From assembly GCA_002269645.1 (NCBI GenBank), contig NIVC01001483.1, positions 186,001-250,000 on the forward strand: a DNA stretch of 64,000 nucleotides. The letters are read 5' to 3'. Position 1 is the first letter of the stretch. Each line of letters opens with the position of its first letter. Both the position numbers and the translations under genes were made by a program. Shown here piece after piece: positions 23,435 to 35,634 of this stretch. Below the pieces are notes generated by a model. That model worked only from the letters and a program-made list of their open reading frames with translations, was not told the DNA's origin and did no database searches. This DNA is from Macrostomum lignano (taxonomy: Eukaryota).

Positions 23435-25325
23435 TAGTGCTGGGGTCCTCAGTGTAGGATGAGGGTCATTGGTGCTGGGTCCTCAGTGTAGGATGTGGGT
23501 CATGGGTGCTGGGTCCTCAGTGTAGGATGTGGGTCATTGGTGTTGGTGTCCTCAGTGTAGGATGTGGGTCATTAGTGTTGGGTCCTCAGTGTAGGATGTG
23601 GGTCATTGGTGTTGGGTCCTCAGTGTAGGATTTGGGTCATTGGTGTTGGGGTCCTCAGTGTAGGATGTGGGTCATTGGTGTTGGGTCCTCAGTGTAGGAT
23701 GTGGGTCATTGGTGTTGGTGTCCTCAGTGTAGGATGTGGGTCATTGGTGCTGGGTCCTCAGTGTAGGATGTGGGTCATTGGTGTTGGTGTCCTCAGTGTA
23801 GGATGTGGGTCATTGGTGCTGGGTCCTCAGTGTAGGATGTGGGTCATTGGTGCTGGGTCCTCAGTGTAGGATGTGGGTCATTGGTGATTGGTGTTGGGTC
23901 CTCAGTGTAGGATGAGGGTCATTGGTGTTGGGGTCCTCAGTGTAGGATGTAGGTCATTAGTGTTGGGTCCTCAGTGTAGGATGTAGGTCATTAGTGTTGG
24001 GTCCTCAGTGTAGGATGAGGGTCATTGATGTTGGGGTCCTCAGTGTAGGATGAGGCTAATTGGTGTTGGGGTCCTCAGTGTAGGATGAGGCTAATTGGTG
24101 CTGGGGTCCTCAGTGTAGGATGAGGCTAATTGGTGTTGGGGTCCTCAGTGTAGGATGAGGCTAATTGGTGCTGGGGTCCTCAGTGTAGGATGAGGCTAAT
24201 TGGTGTTGGGGTCCTCAGTGTAGGATGAGGCTAATTGGTGTTGGGGTCCTCAGTGTAGGATGAGGCTAATTGGTGTTGGGGTCCTCAGTGTAGGATGTGG
24301 GTCATTGGTGTTGGGGTCCTCAGTGTAGGATGAGGCTAATTGGTGTTGGGGTCCTCAGTGTAGGATGAGGCTAATTGGTGTTGGGGTCCTCAGTGTAGGA
24401 TGAGGCTAATTGGTGTTGGGGTCCTCAGTGTAGGATGAGGGTCATTGGTGTTGGGGTCCTCAGTGTAGGATGAGGCTAATTGGTGTTGGGGTCCTCAGTG
24501 TAGGATGAGGCTAATTGGTGTTGGGGTCCTCAGTGTAGGATGAGGCTAATTGGTGTTGGGGTCCTCAGTGTAGGATGAGGCTAATTGGTGCTGGGGTCCT
24601 CAGTGTAGGATGAGGCTAATTGGTGTTGGGGTCCTCAGTGTAGGATGAGGCTAATTGGTGTTGGGGTCCTCAGTGTAGGATGAGGCTAATTGGTGTTGGG
24701 GTCCTCAGTGTAGGATGTGGGTCATTGGTGTTGGGTCCTCAGTGTAGGATGAGGCTAATTGGTGTTGGGGTCCTCAGTGTAGGATGAGGCTAATTGGTGT
24801 TGGGGTCCTCAGTGTAGGATGAGGCTAATTGGTGTTGGGGTCCTCAGTGTAGGATGAGGCTAATTGGTGTTGGGGTCCTCAGTGTAGGATGAGGCTAATT
24901 GGTGTTGGGGTCCTCAGTGTAGGATGAGGCTAATTGGTGTTGGGGTCCTCAGTGTAGGATGAGGCTAATTGGTGTTGGGGTCCTCAGTGTAGGATGAGGC
25001 TAATTGGTGTTGGGGTCCTCAGTGTAGGATGAGGCTAATTGGTGTTGGGGTCCTCAGTGTAGGATGAGGCTAATTGGTGTTGGGGTCCTCAGTGTAGGAT
25101 GAGGCTAATTGGTGTTGGGGTCCTCAGTGTAGGATGAGGCTAATTGGTGTTGGGGTCCTCAGTGTAGGATGAGGCTAATTGGTGTTGGGGTCCTCAGTGT
25201 AGGATGAGGCTAATTAGTGCTGGGGTCCTCAGTGTAGGATGAGGCTAATTGGTGTTGGGGTCCTCAGTGTAGGATGAGGCTAATTGGTGTTGGGGTCCTC
25301 AGTGTAGGATGTGGGTCATTAGTGT
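23435..25325. repeat. about 35-36-bp minisatellite (GGTCCTCAGTGTAGGATGAGGCTAATTGGTGTTGG)n
   Basis: Visible array with a gradient of variant units. Confidence 0.95.
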
Positions 25326-26298
25326 AGACTGTGGGCGCCTGCAAATTTCTTAACTACCCTAAAAGAAACAAAATTTAACAAGTTTAAAAAAGACTGCAAA
25401 TAAATATAATAAATAGTTTAATATATTGAACAGAGTGTCTATCTGTGTTAAAAGGTACGCTAAAAAACTCTCTGAATTAGATGGCATCATTAAAACAAAG
25501 TTGCTAAAATCAGTGAACCATGCATAAAAATAAGCTCACTCCATCAAACGAATTAAAAACAATTTGCTAAATAAATAAATATATAGAAGTTTGTGCGAGT
25601 CTAAAATAGAATCAATGATGAAGAACAGACTACAGACGAAAGAGTCTAAAAATCTTGTTAAACTTTAGCACAAAGACTAATCAAGCAAGGAATAGCAATT
25701 CTCTGTTGTCAGGACTAAAAAATCATGAATTCCACCTCTCTACAAAATTCCAAAATTATATAAAAACTTGGCATATGTAGCAGATAATTTATTTGATTCA
25801 TTAAATAGCCAATTAATTTGCAAACTCTAATTCATGGTCTGAGTCCAAATCGACAAAAAAAATTGTCAGATCGGCGTACTATAAACGTAGAGTCGAGACA
25901 CCCAAATCTAGGTAACTTTCTTTGAGCTTTAATGGAATATCAGACTAGCTTTGATAATTCTGTTATTTTGTTAAATCACCTTGACAATGAAACTGTGACC
26001 TGGAGTCATTTCATAGCACAATCTTTCTAACTTGTTTGTGCGATTGTCATCAAATGTAATCAACCAAACGCATATGAATCCTCTTATGTACATATTCAAT
26101 AACTCCACGACTCAAACTCTTCTCTTCTAGTATCACATAGTTTTTATCCGACTGTACCGGATTTCTACGTATCAAAATCAAAGTCTATCCAGATGGCGAA
26201 ACAACCTCGGACCCAGCGCAGGTTGGTTTCAAATCAAATCTTCTACAAGTCCTGAAGTTAAGGACGGAAACTTTAAGATAAATCGAAAGCCGCTTAAC

Positions 26299-27067
26299 TT
26301 AAAAATACTTTCTCAGGCAGTATTTGGCCCCAAACCAAGCAGCAGAGCCGACAGCGGCATAAAAGCCGGCATTGAGTACAACGCCAGCAACTCGAACAAT
26401 CTGAGTCCTGCGTCGGAACTGGTTCGTGTCGTTCACATTCGGAAACGGCACATCCGGCACGGGCAAGCCTAAGAACTTGCACAATGGCTCCCAACCGTCA
26501 GACACTTGGAATACCAACAGTCTGTCCTTAGGAATTGTCTGCTTGACAGCTTCAACGTGTCGTTCGTACGCAGCGATCATCTCTTGGTCGGACATGTCAA
26601 ACCGGAAGCCCAGACGCTGCTCAAGGATCAAGTCAATGACAGGTACAGAGGAAGACATGCCTAGGAGCCAATCTACTGGTTTCGGAATCTTCAGCTGTAC
26701 ACTTCTCAGCTCGGCAATGGTGCTGCGAACGCTTAAAACCCAACGTTTTGGATCTCGAATGCTGAGTACAAACTTTGCGTTGGGATAAATCTTCATCAAT
26801 TCTGGATAGAAGTGAGCAGCTGGAAAGTCTGTCGAAGCTCGAAAATCGCCCAGAATCTTTTCAGCAAGCTCTTTAGTTAAGCCTCCCTTGGCGGCCTGGT
26901 ACCAAAGCTTCAGATCATTTCTTCGCTCTTTCGCAATCACCTCCATATGGTAGCAGCGGCCGCCAAGCAGAATCTCCAGCGCCTTCATCTGCGAATTGGT
27001 GCCAGTTCGCATTAGGCCGGCGCCAATCACTACGGGGCCTATCTATTTTAACATCTCTGTTACACAT
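26299..27067 (-). pseudogene. Sulfotransferase copy 3, frameshifted near the N-terminus by a 4-bp ATAG duplication
   Basis: ATG TGT AAC AGA GAT GTT AAA ATAG ATAG GCC...; deleting one ATAG gives MCNRDVKIGPVVIGAGLMRTGT in frame with the otherwise intact 243-codon ORF. Confidence 0.7.
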
Positions 27068-27727
27068 TGTTACAGTCAGCTAAGAATGACAAAATAGATT
27101 CATAAAACCAATGAGTCGAGCCATGCCACGCTTTCTTATTTTTAAGAACTGGATGGACATGTAATAATTAGGCTAAAAATTAACATAGAACCTTAATCTC
27201 CTTAACTAAAAGCTTTATGAATACCAATAGAGCTATGAGAAAGGCAAAGCATATCAAAAGATGAACACTGGGCCTGCCTCCTATCAAAAGCAATAACACA
27301 TTTTTTTGCTAGAAAACGTCAAACCCTTACCTATCACTGTAATATATTTTGGTCGGTAACTGGTCGGTAATATTATATTATATTATATATAATGGTCAGT
27401 TACCGACACACTTATTGGGCTTTAACTTAGTGAAAAAAAGAGAAAGAAAACACCTAATGTGACAAAGTTATGTAAGGCAAATTTATTGAAATGGTAATAA
27501 AACTCGCAACAGGTCAGCTGTGCAAAAAATTTTCGCTGGTTAAAAAAATTTCGTTACATAATCTAAAATTGTTGTGAAATTTGTTAAAATTAAACAAAAT
27601 GAAAAGCGTTCAAATAAAACTACAAGAAAACTTTTTAAGAGAGTTCTTTTCAACCGTAAGTTTCGAAATCTATACTTTTGGCAATGTAAAATCACATTTA
27701 TTGAGAGTTGATAAACTAGCTTAAGAA

Positions 27728-29515
27728 GCCTTCTATTGTATAGGTCAAGCAAACCTACGCAGACAGCACTTCAGACCGAACCAGCAGCCTTCTATTGTAT
27801 AGGTCAAGCAAACCTACGCAGACAGCACTTCAGACCGAACCAGCAGCCTTCTATTGTATAGGTCAGGCAAACCTACGCAGACAGCACTTCAGACCGAACC
27901 AGCAGCCTTCTATTGTATAGGTCAGGCAAACCTACGCAGACAGCACTTCAGACCGAACCAGCAGCCTTCTATTGTATAGGTCAGGCAAACCTACGCAGAC
28001 AGCACTTCAGACCGAACCAGCAGCCTTCTATTGTATAGGTCAGGCAAACCTACGCAGACAGCACTTCAGACCGAACCAGCAGCCTTCTATTGTATAGGTC
28101 AGGCAAACCTACGCAGACAGCACTTCAGACCGAACCAGCAGCCTTCTATTGTATAGGTCAAGCAAACCTACGCAGACAGCACTTCAGACCGAACCAGCAG
28201 CCTTCTATTGTATAGGTCAGGCAAACCTACGCAGACAGCACTTCAGACCGAACCAGCAGCCTTCTATTGTATAGGTCAAGCAAACCTACGCAGACAGCAC
28301 TTCAGACCGAACCAGCAGCCTTCTATTGTATAGGTCAGGCAAACCTACGCAGACAGCACTTCAGACCGAACCAGCAGCCTTCTATTGTATAGGTCAAGCA
28401 AACCTACGCAGACAGCACTTCAGACCGAACCAGCAGCCTTCTATTGTATAGGTCAGGCAAACCTACGCAGACAGCACTTCAGACCGAACCAGCAGCCTTC
28501 TATTGTATAGGTCAGGCAAACCTACGCAGACAGCACTTCAGACCGAACCAGCAGCCTTCTATTGTATAGGTCAAGCAAACCTACGCAGACAGCACTTCAG
28601 ACCGAACCAGCAGCCTTCATATTGTATAGGTCAAGCAAACCTACGCAGACAGCACTTCAGACCGAACCAGCAGCCTTCTATTGTATAGGTCAAGCAAACC
28701 TACGCAGACAGCACTTCAGACCGAACCAGCAGCCTTCTATTGTATAGGTCAGGCAAACCTACGCAGACAGCACTTCAGACCGAACCAGCAGCCTTCTATT
28801 GTATAGGTCAGGCAAACCTACGCAGACAGCACTTCAGACCGAACCAGCAGCCTTCTATTGTATAGGTCAAGCAAACCTACGCAGACAGCACTTCAGACCG
28901 AACCAGCAGCCTTCTATTGTATAGGTCAAGCAAACCTACGCAGACAGCACTTCAGACCGAACCAGCAGCCTTCTATTGTATAGGTCAGGCAAACCTACGC
29001 AGACAGCACTTCAGACCGAACCAGCAGCCTTCTATTGTATAGGTCAAGCAAACCTACGCAGACAGCACTTCAGACCGAACCAGCAGCCTTCTATTGTATA
29101 GGTCAAGCAAACCTACGCAGACAGCACTTCAGACCGAACCAGCAGCCTTCTATTGTATAGGTCAGGCAAACCTACGCAGACAGCACTTCAGACCGAACCA
29201 GCAGCCTTCTATTGTATAGGTCAGGCAAACCTACGCAGACAGCACTTCAGACCGAACCAGCAGCCTTCTATTGTATAGGTCAAGCAAACCTACGCAGACA
29301 GCACTTCAGACCGAACCAGCAGCCTTCTATTGTATAGGTCAAGCAAACCTACGCAGACAGCACTTCAGACCGAACCAGCAGCCTTCTATTGTATAGGTCA
29401 GGCAAACCTACGCAGACAGCACTTCAGACCGAACCAGCAGCCTTCTATTGTATAGGTCAAGCAAACCTACGCAGACAGCACTTCAGACCGAACCAGCAGC
29501 CTTCTATTGTATAGG
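27728..29515. repeat. 59-bp minisatellite (about 30 units) derived from the 3' end of sulfotransferase copy 4
   Basis: The reverse complement of the unit reads TGG TTC GGT CTG AAG TGC TGT CTG CGT AGG TTT GCC TGA + CCTATACAATAGAAGGCT. Confidence 0.95.
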
Positions 29516-30292
29516 TCAGGCAAACCTACGGAGACAGCACTTCAGACCAAACCAGACAGCAAGGCCCACAGCCGAGCAAAAGCCGAAATTAGCGAGAGCG
29601 CCAATTGTGTAAAAGCCAATGATTATCTTCTGGAATTCAGCAGTATCATTCACATTTGGAAACGGTACATCGGGTACCGGCAGCTCCAGGAAGTTGCACA
29701 ATGGTTCCCAACCGTCCGAAACTCGAAACACTAACAGTCGCTCTTTGGGAATAGTTCGAATCACCGCCTCGGTGTGACGGTTAAACGCTTCAATCAATTC
29801 TTTGTCTGTCATGTCCACTCGAATACCCAATCGCGAGTCGAAGATGTTGTGATGCAAAGGCAGAAAGTAGGTCAGATTGAAAAGCCACAACGATGGGGCC
29901 AGCATACAACCCATAGCCTTCATACCCTTAAAGATGGTACTGCGAACGCTCTCAACCCATCGTTGGGAATCGCGAACGCTTAGCACAAACTTGGCATTGG
30001 GATAAATCTTGAGTAGCTCAGGATAGAAATGCGCTACAGGAAAGTCTGTTGTAGCAACAAAACCGTCAAAGATTTGGTCAGCCAGCTGTTTTGTTAAACC
30101 CTCTTTGGCAGCCTGATTCCACAGCTTCAAGTGGTGTCGCTTCTGTGTCATGATTACGGACATATGGTAGCACCGGCCGCCAAGCAGAATCTCTAGCGCC
30201 TTCATCTGCGAGTTGGTGCCAGTTCGCATCAGGCCAACACCAAACACCAATGGACCCGTAGTAGACTGTTGCAACTTGCTATCAAGAGACAT
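29516..30292 (-). CDS. Sulfotransfer_4/SmSULT-like sulfotransferase, copy 4 (258 aa)
   Basis: Family motifs intact, and near-identical to copy 5. Confidence 0.9.
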   Translation of the reverse strand: MSLDSKLQQSTTGPLVFGVGLMRTGTNSQMKALEILLGGRCYHMSVIMTQKRHHLKLWNQAAKEGLTKQLADQIFDGFVATTDFPVAHFYPELLKIYPNAKFVLSVRDSQRWVESVRSTIFKGMKAMGCMLAPSLWLFNLTYFLPLHHNIFDSRLGIRVDMTDKELIEAFNRHTEAVIRTIPKERLLVFRVSDGWEPLCNFLELPVPDVPFPNVNDTAEFQKIIIGFYTIGALANFGFCSAVGLAVWFGLKCCLRRFA

Positions 30293-30522
30293 TGCGCTTG
30301 CTTGTTGATGTCAGACAATAATAAAAAATGAAAACAGAAATTTGAGCGCAAAATTTACAGCGCTTAAGCTCTCGACAATTGCGTGACAGTGGGGGAGGGG
30401 GGTCGCAACTTCTTACACCGAGATTCGATTAGATAATAGCAACGTGTTGTTTCTATTTTATTTATTGCTTCTAAATATTTTTATAAAACTAACTTAAACT
30501 AACCAAAAACGTTTACCTAAAT

Positions 30523-31402
30523 CAGGGGTCGACAACCTTTTCAGAGCAAGGGCCAAAAGCCAAATTTTTCAAGGGCTCAGAGGGGCCAATAACATAAAGA
30601 AGTGAAAAACCACAGGTGCATCCACAGACTACCTAAGTGCCATTTAACTACTTTAACTTACTAATTGTTTATTTACTTAAGTAGTCTGTGGTTGTGTCAT
30701 GTCAGACTGAACAAACAATTTTTATTCTATTGATGATGATCAAAACCTTAATCTCATCCCAACCATTTCGCCAGGGGTCAGCGAAATGGGCGGCAACGCC
30801 TCCTCGCTGTTTCCGGACGCACGGAGCCCCTGCCCCTGCAGCTAAGTCAATTAAATCAACTCAACCATTGAGATCCCCCACCCCAAAACCTGTCCTATTC
30901 CTTCTGTTCTCAATCCAACTCCAATAAACACCCCCTTCTGGAAACATTCTGACTTGCAGTCATCTTTCCCCCACAGAAGGACAACACAAGATAGGTATGA
31001 GAAAGGTGAGATAGAAGGGGAAGAAATAGGTGGCCGTATACATGCGCAACCATCCTGATTTACACCAGCCGTGCGACTTACTTATGAAAGAAACCTAAAC
31101 AACAACTGACGTGATTTCTGTTAAACGGCAGGAGTAACTATGACTGTATTTGTGAAGGCTAAATGCTTCTCCATCTAGTTAATACTACATGTACGTGTGT
31201 ATTTCTTCGGATGGGCATTTTTGCGACTTACCTTGGCTGGGCCCCTCGTCAGCTGGTTAGGTGCTGCGCATGTACATGTATGAGGTGGACTGAAGTTTAG
31301 GGGGGTGGATACAACGCTAGATCACCGAGGACCTGGGGGGGGGGAGGATTGGAAGGCTTCGGGGCCGGATTTGGCCCTGGGACCGGAGGTTGCCGACCCC
31401 TG
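30523..31402. mobile_element. non-autonomous hAT (Charlie-like) element, 880 bp
   Basis: TIRs CAGGGGTCGACAACC / GGTTGCCGACCCCTG and a perfect 8-bp TSD ACCTAAAT (30515-30522, 31403-31410). Confidence 0.85.
31036..31282. mobile_element. diverged copy of the CATACATGCGCAAC-TIR MITE, nested in the hAT element
   Basis: Ends TATACATGCGCAAC / TGCGCATGTACATGTATG, internal similarity to 56185-56482, and TSD-like AGGTGGCC/AGGTGGAC. Confidence 0.65.
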
Positions 31403-32152
31403 ACCTAAATATAGGCCACAGAATTAAACTTTTTTACTTTCAAACGAAATTGCTTGAGCATATTAGTTGAGATATTAAGCCCTCGTAACTAACCAAGGCC
31501 AACTGTGCTTAATTCGCTAACACATGGAAAAACAAAACTTTAATAATGCAAAATGAGTGCTAGCTTAAAAAATAAGTAATGAAATAACAAAGATTAAAGA
31601 TACACGTTTTATTAGTTTTCATCAGTAATTACTTCCAGTAAACCATTAAGTAAATGAGTAAATAGTGACATATCTAGTGATACAGAAATGCGCTAATTAC
31701 TTGTATATTGTGGTTTCTTTGAAATTCTAAAATAAATTGTAATAAACACTATAAAGATTTTTCCACTTAAGACTAAAGTATTCTTGGTTTATGAGAATCT
31801 CGAAGGATAGTTTATGGGAGAACGAAAGGATGTTTAATAGGCGATTCTAAGATAAGAGGAAAAGGGTTCTCATACGTGCAAAAATATTGTATATAAAAAC
31901 GTTTAATGTAACAAAGTTATGCAATGCGAATTTATTTCAATTGTGATCACGAAAAGTTCATTGATTCAGATTTTTTTTGAGAAAAGCTGTGAAATTTGTT
32001 AAAAATAAAACTTATTGTAATTTAAACAACAAATTCTGCTCTAAAAACTCTCAGATAAAGCGTATCCATTAGGAACTTTTTTAACCACAAAGTCTTGTAG
32101 CATTATAAAATCGTGTTAACTGATAGTTAATTAACTAATACAGTATAGCTTA

Positions 32153-33781
32153 AGAAGCCTTCATATTGCATAGGTCAGGCAAACCTACGCAGACAGCACT
32201 TCAGACCGAACCAGCAGCCTTCATATTGTATAGGTCAGGCAAACCTACGCAGACAGCACTTCAGACCGAACCAGCAGCCTTCATATTGTATAGGTCAGGC
32301 AAACCTACGGAGACAGCACTTCAGACCGAACCAGCAGCCTTCATATTGTATAGGTCAGGCAAACCTACGGAGACAGCACTTCAGACCGAACCAGCAGCCT
32401 TCATATTGCTTAGGTCAAGCAAACCTACGCAGACAGCACTTCAGACCAAACCAGCAGCCTTCTATTGTATAGGTCAAGCAAACCTACGCAGACAGCACTT
32501 CAGACCGAACCAGCAGCCTTCTATTGTATAGGTCAGGCAAACCTACGCAGACAGCACTTCAGACCGAACCAGCAGCCTTCATATTGTATAGGTCAGGCAA
32601 ACCTACGCAGACAGCACTTCAGACCGAACCAGCAGCCTTCATATTGTATAGGTCAGGCAAACCTACGCAGACAGCACTTCAGACCCAACCAGCAGCCTTC
32701 ATATTGTATAGGTCAGGCAAACCTACGGAGACAGCACTTCAGACCGAACCAGCAGCCTTCATATTGTATAGGTCAGGCAAACCTACGGAGACAGCACTTC
32801 AGACCGAACCAGCAGCCTTCATATTGCTTAGGTCAAGCAAACCTACGCAGACAGCATTTCAGACCAAACCAGCAGCCTTCTATTGTATAGGTCAAGCAAA
32901 CCTACGCAGACAGCACTTCAGACCGAACCAGCAGCCTTCTATTGTATAGGTCAGGCAAACCTACGCAGACAGCACTTCAGACCGAACCAGCAGCCTTCAT
33001 ATTGTATAGGTCAGGCAAACCTACGCAGACAGCACTTCAGACCGAACCAGCAGCCTTCATATTGTATAGGTCAGGCAAACCTACGCAGACAGCACTTCAG
33101 ACCCAACCAGCAGCCTTCATATTGTATAGGTCAGGCAAACCTACGGAGACAGCACTTCAGACCGAACCAGCAGCCTTCATATTGTATAGGTCAGGCAAAC
33201 CTACGGAGACAGCACTTCAGACCGAACCAGCAGCCTTCATATTGCTTAGGTCAAGCAAACCTACGCAGACAGCACTTCAGACCGAACCAGCAGCCTTCTA
33301 TTGTATAGGTCAGGCAAACCTACGCAGACAGCACTTCAGACCGAACCAGCAGCCTTCTATTGTATAGGTCAGGCAAACCTACGCAGACAGCACTTCAGAC
33401 CGAACCAGCAGCCTTCTATTGTATAGGTCAAGCAAACCTACGCAGACAGCACTTCAGACCGAACCAGCAGCCTTCTATTGTATAGGTCAGGCAAACCTAC
33501 GCAGACAGCACTTCAGACCGAACCAGCAGCCTTCTATTGTATAGGTCAAGCAAACCTACGCAGACAGCACTTCAGACCGAACCAGCAGCCTTCTATTGTA
33601 TAGGTCAGGCAAACCTACGCAGACAGCACTTTACACCGAACCAGCAGCCTTCTATTGTATAGGTCAAGCAAACCTACGCAGACAGCACTTCACACCGAAC
33701 CAGCAGCCTTCTATTGTATAGGTCAAGCAAACCTACGCAGACAGCACTTAACACCGAACCAGCAGCCTTCTATTGTATAGG
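32153..33781. repeat. 59/60-bp minisatellite derived from the 3' end of sulfotransferase copy 5, with a 418-bp higher-order repeat
   Basis: Same unit as 27728-29515. The variant pattern recurs at a 418-nt offset (ORFs 32465/32883 and 32524/32942). Confidence 0.95.
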
Positions 33782-34558
33782 TCAAGCAAACCTACGGAGA
33801 CAGCACTTCAGACCAAACCAGACAGCAAGGCCCACAGCCGAGCAGAAGCCGAAATTAGCAAGAGCACTAATTGTGTAAAAGCCAATGGCTTTCTTCTGGA
33901 ATTCAGCAGTATCATTCACATTTGGAAACGGTACATCGGGTACCGGCAGCTCCAGGAAGTTGCACAATGGTTCCCAACCATCCGAAACTCGAAACACTAA
34001 CAGTCGCTCTTTGGGAATAGTTCGAATCACCGCCTCGGTGTGACGGTTAAACGCTTCAATCAATTCTTTGTCTGTCATGTCCACTCGAATACCCAATCGC
34101 GAGTCGAAGATGTTGTGATGCAACGGCAGAAAGTAGGTCAGATTGAGAAGCCACAACGATGGGGCCAGCATACAACCCATAGCCTTCATACCCTTAAAGA
34201 TGGTACTGCGAACGCTCTCAACCCATCGTTGGGGATCGCGAACGCTCAGCACGAACTTGGCATTGGGATAAATCTTGAGTAGCTCAGGATAGAAAGCCGC
34301 TACAGGAAAGTCTGTTGTAGCAACAAAACCGTCAAAGATTTGGTCAGCCAGCTGTTTTGTTAAACCCTCTTTGGCAGCCTGATTCCACAGCTTCAAGTGG
34401 TGTCGCTTCTGTTTCATGATTACGAACATATGGTAGCACCGGCCGCCAAGCAGAATCTCTAGCGCCTTCATCTGCGAGTTGGTGCCAGTTCGCATCAGGC
34501 CAACACCAAACACCAATGGACCCGTAGTGGACTGTTGCAACTTGCTATCAAGAGACAT
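33782..34558 (-). CDS. Sulfotransfer_4/SmSULT-like sulfotransferase, copy 5 (258 aa, start MSLDSK)
   Basis: Family motifs intact. Start chosen by identity with copy 4. Confidence 0.9.
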   Translation of the reverse strand: MSLDSKLQQSTTGPLVFGVGLMRTGTNSQMKALEILLGGRCYHMFVIMKQKRHHLKLWNQAAKEGLTKQLADQIFDGFVATTDFPVAAFYPELLKIYPNAKFVLSVRDPQRWVESVRSTIFKGMKAMGCMLAPSLWLLNLTYFLPLHHNIFDSRLGIRVDMTDKELIEAFNRHTEAVIRTIPKERLLVFRVSDGWEPLCNFLELPVPDVPFPNVNDTAEFQKKAIGFYTISALANFGFCSAVGLAVWFGLKCCLRRFA

Positions 34559-35634
34559 TGCGCTTGCTTGCGATTCAGTTGATGTTAAACAATAAAAAAC
34601 GATAGCATGAATTAGTGCGCAAAGGTTACGCTTAGCTCTGCGGCACTGTGGTGGTCGCAACTCAGCCACGGATACTAGAATAACTAGACTAGATTAGCCA
34701 CTCAGCAAATTTGCGTGTAAGCTACTTTCAGTTCAGTAGTAAGTTAAACTGAAGCATTTTAATGTAATTTCTAAAAGACAAGGTTTATTTATTGGCTCTT
34801 ACACCCCCAAGCTTAAACCCTCAAACTCCACACGGAACCTCTACCCCCGCCCCACCGCCCAATTTTTATTACCCTACTCGGTTGTTCCAATCTAAATCAG
34901 CCATGTACATTTCAGTGGCTAATGTACATTATGGCTGAACCAATTAGCAAGCTGTTTACGCCTGCAAGCTTTGGCTTCTAAACTTATCGAAGTCATTTCA
35001 GCTGCCATTATTTTTATAAAATAACGTACGTATTCTTTATTGCTACTGAACTGAAAGTAGAAAGCTGTTTTACCAAGTATATATGACTGAGTGGCCCATT
35101 TAGTTATTCTAGTATCTGTGCTCACACCCAAAAAATTAATTTTCAACTTTTGGAGATAAAAACGTTCAAGTACGAATGCACTCGTACCAGACTTTTCAAA
35201 ATCCATTTTTACTTTTATGAAGATTCTAAGATATACAGCTACATTTGAGCTGGGTGACGAACTTGCTTAAACCCTCGTAACTAACCAAGGCCAACTGTGC
35301 TTAACTTAATTCGCTAACACATGGAGGAACAAAACTTCAATGCAAAATGAGTGCTAGCTTGAAAAAAAATTAGCAAAGAAATAACAAACAGACTAAAGAT
35401 ACACGTTCTATTAGTTTCCATTAGTAACTAGAAATAAAATGGACACGCTGTACTTTTTTTGCAAATTGTAAACTAAAATAATAACAGTATAGAATGGTAT
35501 AATACCGTGACTAGGTATAGCAATGGAAATGAATAAATATTAACATATCTAGTGATAAAGAAATGCGCTAATTATATTGTGGTTTCTTTAAAATAGATTG
35601 TAACTATTCAGATTTTTACCGCGTAAAGTATTAT

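Noticed and set aside
27728-33781. CRISPR-like appearance of the regular 59-bp arrays (also the 36-bp array at 23435-25325)
   Set aside because: No unique spacers, no cas genes and a eukaryotic context. The unit is explained by the SULT gene terminus.
34559-34669. N-terminal extensions in the ORF track for SULT5 (also SULT2 23360-23395 and NDUFV1 45548-45580)
   Set aside because: SULT5 and NDUFV1 extensions start at non-ATG codons and, like SULT2's, are absent from paralogs or homologs. NDUFV1's also crosses an acceptor just upstream of the ATG. SULT2's upstream ATG at 23395 is not fully excluded.
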